From the sequence record DRR723986_6727: 64,000 nucleotides of DNA; one strand, 5' to 3'. Position 1 is the first letter of the stretch. Each line of letters begins with the position of its first letter. Positions 57,461 through 64,000 of the stretch are shown here, piece by piece. The position numbers and the translations under genes were made by a program. The notes under the pieces were generated by a model, which saw only the letters and a program-made list of their open reading frames with translations, was not told the DNA's origin and did no database searches.

Positions 57461-58552
57461 CTAGAGGCGTTTAAAAGTTACACTGCCATATTCAGAATCT
57501 ATAGTAACTGTATTACCTGAATTTTCGCTACCATAGTACCCATAGTATTTTTTACTTGAAGATTTTATTTCTTTATTAATAAAATTGAATCCTTCAGATG
57601 ATCTTAATGAAGCGTATTCTAACATAATATTAAAAGTAAAATTATATGCACTATCATGTCCAATTGTAATTCCAGTGAAATCTCCATTAATATTAATATT
57701 TCCAGCTTTTGAAGCCATTCGGTCAATTTTGATTGATCCATAATCTGCCTTTATATCAGCATTTTTAAACACATTACCTAAGCGTAATGTTAAATAATCG
57801 GCATTGCCTTCAATATTATTTACGTTGTCTACTTTTAATGAGCCATAATCGCAATTATAAAGTATGTTTTCTGAGGCTTCTACTATAGATTTAGTATAAT
57901 CTGCATTGATCTCTAAATTTTTAGTTTTAGCCACGGTAAAGCCACTATAATCTGCACTTATCTTGCCACTTTGTATATATTCAAAGTAACAGTTGCTACT
58001 ATAGTCAAAGTTGATAACATTGTTATCTCCCATAAGTTCTTTAGTGGTTATTTTACCATAATCGCAGTTTATTTTTGCAACGCCTTCTATCTTATCTAAA
58101 TTAATGGCTCCGTAGTCGTTATTCAAAATAACACTGTTTGTAATTGGCATTTTAACACGATAGTTAACTTCTATTTTTAATTTATTATTGTTTCCCCAGT
58201 TCCACCATGACTTTTTCTTTTTTCCAAACATAGTTTCGGCAGCAACCCATTCTTTAGATGTTGAGAATTTTACATCGATTTCATTTAAACGGTCGTCTAC
58301 TTTTTCAGAATTGTTTCCTGTCACTTTTATAGTAATATCGAATTCAATCCTATTTTCACTCCAGGTTACTATATCAATATTACCATAACTGTTATTGATT
58401 TTTAGGGTTGCATCAGAATTAACATCATAAGATTTTGATATCTTTTTTTCTTTTGTTTCTTTAATTACGCTATTATTAGAATTCGCTAATGCAATAAATG
58501 GCATTAACATTACTAACAACGCAACTTTAAATTGTATTTTTAAATTCATCAT
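57461..58552 (-). CDS. Exported beta-strand repeat protein (DUF4097-like)
   Basis: Signal peptide; repeated NSYGNI / DYGAI / DYGKI / EYGSV; start at 58552 or 58549. Confidence 0.75.
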   Translation of the reverse strand: MMNLKIQFKVALLVMLMPFIALANSNNSVIKETKEKKISKSYDVNSDATLKINNSYGNIDIVTWSENRIEFDITIKVTGNNSEKVDDRLNEIDVKFSTSKEWVAAETMFGKKKKSWWNWGNNNKLKIEVNYRVKMPITNSVILNNDYGAINLDKIEGVAKINCDYGKITTKELMGDNNVINFDYSSNCYFEYIQSGKISADYSGFTVAKTKNLEINADYTKSIVEASENILYNCDYGSLKVDNVNNIEGNADYLTLRLGNVFKNADIKADYGSIKIDRMASKAGNININGDFTGITIGHDSAYNFTFNIMLEYASLRSSEGFNFINKEIKSSSKKYYGYYGSENSGNTVTIDSEYGSVTFKRL

Positions 58553-59090
58553 TGTTGGTTTTAAGTTGTTTAACATCTTCAATTTGTTCTAAAACAGTGT
58601 TTAAAATGTCTATTCTATTTTGAAAGTTTGTAATCATAGCATAAATAACCCGCTGGTCATTACCACTTTCAGTTAAATCTTTTTTTAATTGTTGGTAATT
58701 AGTTTCTAATACTTCAATTTGTTTTAAAGCATCATTGATTATACTTTCAGTTAAAGGTGAACGTTCATTGTTAAGTCTTTTTAATTCTGTCTGAATTGTA
58801 GTTGTAAAGAAATCTTGCGTTTCTGATAACTCTGGAGAAACACTTGCTAAATCTAAGGTCTCATCCGTATTAGGAATAGTTAAAAAAACAGCAAGTAAAA
58901 CAATTACAGATGCAGCAATAGCAATAAATGGTCTCCAATTAAAGATAGGTCTAGCAAATGCCATATCTGAAGTTGTCTTATTAGCCTTTAACTTGTTCAG
59001 AAATCTATGCTCATGACCGTCTTTTGGCTCATTTACATCAAATTCACCTTTTAAATTATTAAATAGATCTTCTATAGTATCTTTTTGCAT
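58527..59090 (-). CDS. Putative anti-sigma factor
   Basis: EPKDGHEHRF, one TM (IAIAASVIVLL), periplasmic helical domain; directly after the ECF sigma gene. Confidence 0.72.
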   Translation of the reverse strand: MQKDTIEDLFNNLKGEFDVNEPKDGHEHRFLNKLKANKTTSDMAFARPIFNWRPFIAIAASVIVLLAVFLTIPNTDETLDLASVSPELSETQDFFTTTIQTELKRLNNERSPLTESIINDALKQIEVLETNYQQLKKDLTESGNDQRVIYAMITNFQNRIDILNTVLEQIEDVKQLKTNNDEFKNTI

Positions 59091-59101
59091 CGTTCTTGTA
59101 T

Positions 59102-59653
59102 TTATGCGTTTTGCATTAACTTTTTCCTTAAACTTTCCTTAGCTCTTGAGATTAATGTTCTACAATTTGCATACGTTATATTCATAATTTCACAAATCTC
59201 TTCATAGTCATAACCTTCAATAAGATGTAATGTTAAACCTAAGCTATAATTTGGTTTTAGGGTTTTCATTACCTTCAATATCTCCTTAACTTTATCATTG
59301 GTATGATTACTTTCTTCAATGCCGTTATTATCCTCAGCTTTATAGAGTACATTTTCTAATGGCACCTCATTTTGCTTGGCTGCTTTATTATAGTAAGCAA
59401 TACTATTGTTTACTACAATCCGTTTTAACCATGAGCCAAACACTTTAGTATCTTCTAAGGTATTAAGCTTAGTGAAAGCCGTTAAAAAAGACTCTTGCAT
59501 TATGTCCTCAGCCTTATAAGAATCTTTAATAATTCTAATCGCTGTATTATACATTGCTTTGTTATATCTGTTATAAACCTCTAATCTTGCACGGTGGTTT
59601 CCAGAATTACAGAGCAATAGTAACTGTTCGATATCTTGATTGGTTGATGTCAA
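59102..59653 (-). CDS. ECF-type RNA polymerase sigma factor
   Basis: AEDIMQESFLTAF, FGSWLKRIVVN, EGYDYEEI...SRAK; TTG start. Confidence 0.93.
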   Translation of the reverse strand: MTSTNQDIEQLLLLCNSGNHRARLEVYNRYNKAMYNTAIRIIKDSYKAEDIMQESFLTAFTKLNTLEDTKVFGSWLKRIVVNNSIAYYNKAAKQNEVPLENVLYKAEDNNGIEESNHTNDKVKEILKVMKTLKPNYSLGLTLHLIEGYDYEEICEIMNITYANCRTLISRAKESLRKKLMQNA

Positions 59654-59676
59654 AAAAACAATTGTTTTGGTATAAA

Positions 59677-59702
59677 GATGAATAGAATCATTGAGTGTTA
59701 CA
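59677..59702 (-). promoter_or_regulatory. Candidate autoregulatory ECF promoter TGTAAC-N16-CATC
   Basis: Minus strand reads TGTAAC ACTCAATGATTCTATT CATC, ending 24 nt before the sigma start codon. Confidence 0.55.
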
Positions 59703-59882
59703 GTCTATCTAAAAAAAAGTTTTAAATTTTATATAGGTAATGGCATAAGAATTGAATTTGTAGTGGTATGAATGACTTTGAATATATCATAAGTATCTGA
59801 TATTCAGAATAAAGTTAATTATTAATACGTAAATAAAGAAACCAAACTGATCATTAAAATGACAGAATGGCTTAAAAATACT

Positions 59883-62336
59883 ATGAAGAAATCAAATTTT
59901 TTAAACCTTGACAGTTTGTCATTTCAGGATTTTGATGAAAATTCAGAATTAATTCCTTTAATGACACCTGAAGATGAAGAGTTAATAAATAATGAATCTT
60001 TACCCGAATCATTACCTATTTTACCACTTAGAAATACTGTATTATTTCCAGGAGTTGTAATTCCTATTACTGCTGGTAGAGATACGTCTATAAAGCTCAT
60101 TAATGATGCAAATAAAGGTGGTAAAGTCATAGGTGTTGTGGCTCAAAAAGATGAATCTGTTGAGAATCCTAAAGCTAACGATATTTATAAAACGGGTACT
60201 GTTGCACGTATTTTAAAAGTGCTTAAAATGCCAGATGGTAATACCACTGTAATTATACAAGGTAAAAAGCGTTTTAGAATCAATGAGATTACTGCCGAGA
60301 AACCATATTTTACAGCGATAATTTCTGATATACCTGAAGCAAAACCTGCTGCAGACAATCAAGAGTTTAAAGCTATAATAGACTCTATTAAGGATCTGTC
60401 TTTAGATATAATTAAAGAAAGTCCAAACATTCCTACAGAAGCAACATTTGCAATAAAAAATATTGAAAGCAATTCGTTTTTGGTAAACTTTGTGTCTTCT
60501 AACATGAACCTTAAGGTAGTTGAAAAACAATCACTTTTAAAGATTAATGATTTAAAGAAACGTGCGTTAGAGACCTTAAAATATATGAATCTGGAATATC
60601 AAAAACTTGAACTTAAAAATGATATTCAGAGTAAGGTTCAGAGCGATATGAACCAACAACAGCGTGAGTATTTCTTGCATCAGCAGATGAAAACCATTCA
60701 AGAAGAATTGGGTGGTGGCGTATCGTCTGGCCAAGAAATTGAAGAAATGAAGGCAAGAGCTAAGGACAAAAATTGGGATGAAAAGGTCAAAGCTCATTTT
60801 GATAAGGAATTGGCTAAAATGCAACGAATGAATCCTCAGGTAGCAGAGTATTCTATCCAACGAAATTATTTGGATTTGTTCTTAGACTTACCTTGGAATG
60901 AATTTAGTGAAGATCAGTTTGACTTAAAGCGTGCAAAACGAATTTTAGATAGAGACCATTTTGGTTTAGATGATGTTAAAAAACGTATTATTGAGTATTT
61001 AGCGGTTCTAAAATTGCGTAACGATATGAAATCACCAATACTTTGCCTTTATGGCCCTCCAGGCGTTGGTAAAACATCGTTAGGCAAATCTATTGCAGAA
61101 GCATTAGGTAGAGAGTATGTAAGAATTTCTCTGGGAGGACTCAGAGACGAAGCAGAAATTCGTGGTCATAGAAAAACATATATTGGCGCAATGCCAGGTC
61201 GTATTATACAGAGTTTAAAGAAAGCAGGTACATCTAATCCTGTTTTTGTACTTGACGAAATAGATAAATTATCATCTGGTCATCAAGGAGATCCTTCGTC
61301 AGCAATGTTAGAAGTTCTGGATCCAGAACAGAATAACGAGTTTTATGATAATTTCCTTGAAATGGGTTATGACCTTTCTAAGGTAATGTTTATTGCAACT
61401 TCTAATAGTTTAAATACTATTCAACCTGCATTACGCGATCGTATGGAAATAATCAATGTAACAGGCTATACTATTGAAGAAAAAGTAGAAATTGCCAAAC
61501 GCCATTTATTGCCAAAGCAATTGAGTGAACATGGCTTAGATGAAAAAGCACTGAAAATTGGCAAATCTCAATTAGAGAAAATAGTTGAAGGATATACACG
61601 TGAATCTGGAGTTAGAGGTCTTGAAAAACAAATTGCAAAAATGGTGCGTTATGCTGCCAAGAATATTGCAATGGAAGAGGAATATAATATAAAAGTCTCA
61701 AATGAGGATGTTATTGAAGTTTTAGGAAGCCCTAGATTAGAACGCGATAAATATGAAAACAATAATGTAGCCGGTGTGGTTACTGGTTTAGCCTGGACTA
61801 GAGTAGGAGGTGACATCTTATTTATAGAGTCTATTTTATCAAAAGGTAAAGGCAATCTAACAATTACAGGAAACTTAGGGAAGGTTATGAAGGAATCTGC
61901 AACAATTGCAATGGAATATATCAAAGCAAATGCAGATGAATTTGAAATTAATCCTGAAGTTTTTGAAAAGTATAATGTTCATATACATGTACCAGAAGGT
62001 GCGACACCAAAAGATGGGCCAAGTGCAGGTGTCACCATGTTAACTTCTTTAGTGTCTTTATTCACACAACGTAGAGTGAAAAAGAGCTTAGCCATGACTG
62101 GTGAAATTACACTAAGAGGTAAAGTATTACCTGTGGGTGGTATTAAAGAAAAAATATTAGCCGCTAAGCGAGCTCGTATAAAAGAAATTTTACTTTGTGC
62201 GGATAATAAACGTGATATCGATGAAATAAAACCAGAGTATCTTAAAGGATTAACCTTTCATTATGTAAAAGATATGAGTGAAGTTTTAGATATTGCAATA
62301 ACCAATCAAAAAGTAAAAAATGCAAAGAAACTTTAA
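59883..62336 (+). CDS. lon: ATP-dependent Lon protease
   Basis: [34 protein letters not shown]; likely ATG at 59883. Confidence 0.97.
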   Translation: MKKSNFLNLDSLSFQDFDENSELIPLMTPEDEELINNESLPESLPILPLRNTVLFPGVVIPITAGRDTSIKLINDANKGGKVIGVVAQKDESVENPKANDIYKTGTVARILKVLKMPDGNTTVIIQGKKRFRINEITAEKPYFTAIISDIPEAKPAADNQEFKAIIDSIKDLSLDIIKESPNIPTEATFAIKNIESNSFLVNFVSSNMNLKVVEKQSLLKINDLKKRALETLKYMNLEYQKLELKNDIQSKVQSDMNQQQREYFLHQQMKTIQEELGGGVSSGQEIEEMKARAKDKNWDEKVKAHFDKELAKMQRMNPQVAEYSIQRNYLDLFLDLPWNEFSEDQFDLKRAKRILDRDHFGLDDVKKRIIEYLAVLKLRNDMKSPILCLYGPPGVGKTSLGKSIAEALGREYVRISLGGLRDEAEIRGHRKTYIGAMPGRIIQSLKKAGTSNPVFVLDEIDKLSSGHQGDPSSAMLEVLDPEQNNEFYDNFLEMGYDLSKVMFIATSNSLNTIQPALRDRMEIINVTGYTIEEKVEIAKRHLLPKQLSEHGLDEKALKIGKSQLEKIVEGYTRESGVRGLEKQIAKMVRYAAKNIAMEEEYNIKVSNEDVIEVLGSPRLERDKYENNNVAGVVTGLAWTRVGGDILFIESILSKGKGNLTITGNLGKVMKESATIAMEYIKANADEFEINPEVFEKYNVHIHVPEGATPKDGPSAGVTMLTSLVSLFTQRRVKKSLAMTGEITLRGKVLPVGGIKEKILAAKRARIKEILLCADNKRDIDEIKPEYLKGLTFHYVKDMSEVLDIAITNQKVKNAKKL

Positions 62337-63051
62337 ATTAGTGTTATCAATTGTAGTTGTTTTACTATCGGGTCTTTTGGCTTTTTCTCAAGAGGTAGAA
62401 TATAAGGATGTTATTCTAGACGGTAAACCTGCAAAATTAAATGTAGCTACTGGTGAAATTACACTTGTAAAACCTGAAAAAAAGAAAATAGTAATACAAG
62501 AAAATAAAGATCAAAGTACTGATACTACTGAAAGTTCTGACGATTACTATATTACAAAAGAAGGTGAAACACTTTTTGATATTGCTAAGCGATTTAAAGT
62601 AACGATGGCAGATTTAAAAAAGGCTAATAATCTTGAAACTGCCTTATTTGATAGTGGACAAAAGTTAAGAGTTAAAAATTTAGATAAGCCAGTAGAAAAG
62701 GACACTATAAAAGCTTCTAAAAAGACTTTTGTGCCTAATAATTCTGAATTTCATATTGTAAGTAAAGGTGAAACACTATATAGTATAGCCAAACAATATA
62801 ATTTAGATTTAGCTGAATTAAAGTATAAGAATGATTTAAATTCTAACCTAATTAAGGTAGGATATAAACTACGAATCAAAAATTATAATTCTGCAAACGC
62901 AACATATGGCGATGCATATTGGATAGTTTCAAAAGGTGATACGCTATATAGTATAGCCAAGAAAAGTGGTACAACAGTAGATACTATTAAACAATTAAAT
63001 GCTTTAAGTGATAATACAATTTATGTTGGTCAGAAGTTAAAGCTAAAATAG
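62320..63051 (+). CDS. Exported protein with three LysM domains
   Basis: Signal peptide; [33 protein letters not shown] repeats. Confidence 0.92.
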   Translation: MQRNFKLVLSIVVVLLSGLLAFSQEVEYKDVILDGKPAKLNVATGEITLVKPEKKKIVIQENKDQSTDTTESSDDYYITKEGETLFDIAKRFKVTMADLKKANNLETALFDSGQKLRVKNLDKPVEKDTIKASKKTFVPNNSEFHIVSKGETLYSIAKQYNLDLAELKYKNDLNSNLIKVGYKLRIKNYNSANATYGDAYWIVSKGDTLYSIAKKSGTTVDTIKQLNALSDNTIYVGQKLKLK

Positions 63052-63123
63052 AATTCTCTCTCTCTAAAAAATAAAAAATACATACTGTCGTTTTAAGATA
63101 GATTTAGTTATTTTGCAAAATCT

Positions 63124-64000
63124 ATGATTAGAAGGATTACTACCTTATTTTTTTTGCTATTGGCTTTGCCATTGTTCGCGCAATTGGGTGGTGAATCTAC
63201 CTATCAATTCCTAAATTTGGTGTCTTCACCAAGACAAGCCGCGCTTGGGGGTAAAGTTATTACTAATTTCGATCATGATGTTACAGATGCACTTTACAAT
63301 CCGGCATCGATTAACTATCAAATGCACAATCAACTTGCGGTTAATTATTCTAGCTATTTAGGTGGTATTAGTTACGGTACAGCTGCATATGCTTATAATT
63401 GGGATAGACATGTGCAAACCTTACATGTGGGTATTACTTATATTAATTATGGAACGTTTGATGGCTATGACGTCAATGGTGTTTCAACAGGAACTTTTAC
63501 AGGAAACGAGGCAGCGTTATCTCTAGGGTACAATTATAATATTCCATTTTCAGATTTTTATGTAGGTGCCAATATTAAAATTATTACGTCATTATTAGAG
63601 CAATACAATTCTGTGGGTGGTGCGTTAGATTTTGGTGTTATGTATATTAACGAGGATTTAGATTTTCATGCGGCATTAACGGTTAGAAATGTCGGAACAC
63701 AATTTTCTACATATGCCGGACAAAATGAACCATTACCTTTAGAAGTTAACTTTGGTATGTCTCAAACCTTAGAAAATGTAGCTTTACGCTGGCATGTCAC
63801 TTTAGAAAATTTACAGAAATGGCCAATTGGTGTTTCTAATCCTGCCAGAGCAACAACAGATTTAGATGGTAACCAAACTCAGGAAGAAGTTGGGTTTTTA
63901 AATAAAACATTACGTCATCTTATTTTAGGTGCAGAATTTTTTCCAGAAGGTGCATTCAATGTAAGATTAGGTTATAATTTTAGAAGAGCAGAAGAATTAA
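63124..64000 (+). CDS. porQ: Type IX secretion system protein PorQ (runs off the window; not in ORF track)
   Basis: Hand translation MIRRITTLFFLLLALPLFAQLGGESTYQFLNLVSSPRQAALGGK...NPASIN; no stop seen before the window end; lies downstream of lon. Confidence 0.88.
   Translation, partial: MIRRITTLFFLLLALPLFAQLGGESTYQFLNLVSSPRQAALGGKVITNFDHDVTDALYNPASINYQMHNQLAVNYSSYLGGISYGTAAYAYNWDRHVQTLHVGITYINYGTFDGYDVNGVSTGTFTGNEAALSLGYNYNIPFSDFYVGANIKIITSLLEQYNSVGGALDFGVMYINEDLDFHAALTVRNVGTQFSTYAGQNEPLPLEVNFGMSQTLENVALRWHVTLENLQKWPIGVSNPARATTDLDGNQTQEEVGFLNKTLRHLILGAEFFPEGAFNVRLGYNFRRAEEL

Noticed and set aside
1400-61924. Numerous 60-130 aa ORFs nested in or antisense to long genes (e.g. 1400-1798, 3078-3368, 32398-32757, 42951-43313, 60576-60860)
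   Set aside because: They overlap well-supported genes and show no recognisable motifs, as expected for shadow ORFs.
1-64000. CRISPR arrays, IS elements, prophage, rRNA or tRNA genes
   Set aside because: I recognised no regularly spaced direct repeats, transposase or phage genes, or tRNA/rRNA-like sequence. The intergenic palindromes are explained as terminators or operators.

Overview
AT-rich bacterial chromosomal segment whose gene content and order point to a marine Flavobacteriaceae (Bacteroidota): gldF/gldG, porQ, a T9SS cargo protein, zapA-6S-rny and TAnnTTTG-type promoters. The first ~11 kb is a reactive-sulfur cluster. It holds a CstB-like persulfide dioxygenase/rhodanese fusion, a rhodanese, a diheme Tll0287-like cytochrome c, a type II SQR, a 1-Cys peroxiredoxin, a TolC-MFP-RND pump and a DUF2892 protein. 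The most striking unannotated signal is a palindromic GTAAC-N4-GTTAC box. It recurs five times, each time 35-36 nt upstream of a Bacteroidota -7 promoter element. One copy appears to drive a ~95-nt unit with no annotated gene (candidate sRNA or micropeptide). A variant box (ATGAC-N4-ATCAT) with the same geometry precedes an unannotated 48-aa membrane ORF. The rest is mostly core genome: dnaN, gldFG, phoH, purC, rlmD, rocD, cysteine desulfurase, TonB-dependent receptor, rny, xerD, aroQ, lpdA, msrB, a GlgM/GlgC/GlgE/maltokinase/GlgB alpha-glucan cluster, an ECF sigma operon, lon and porQ. There is also an array of four paralogous beta-barrel OMPs, and two DinB-superfamily genes each broken by one in-frame stop. 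No rRNA, tRNA, CRISPR, IS or prophage was recognised. All family names come from motif recognition by eye, not from database searches.
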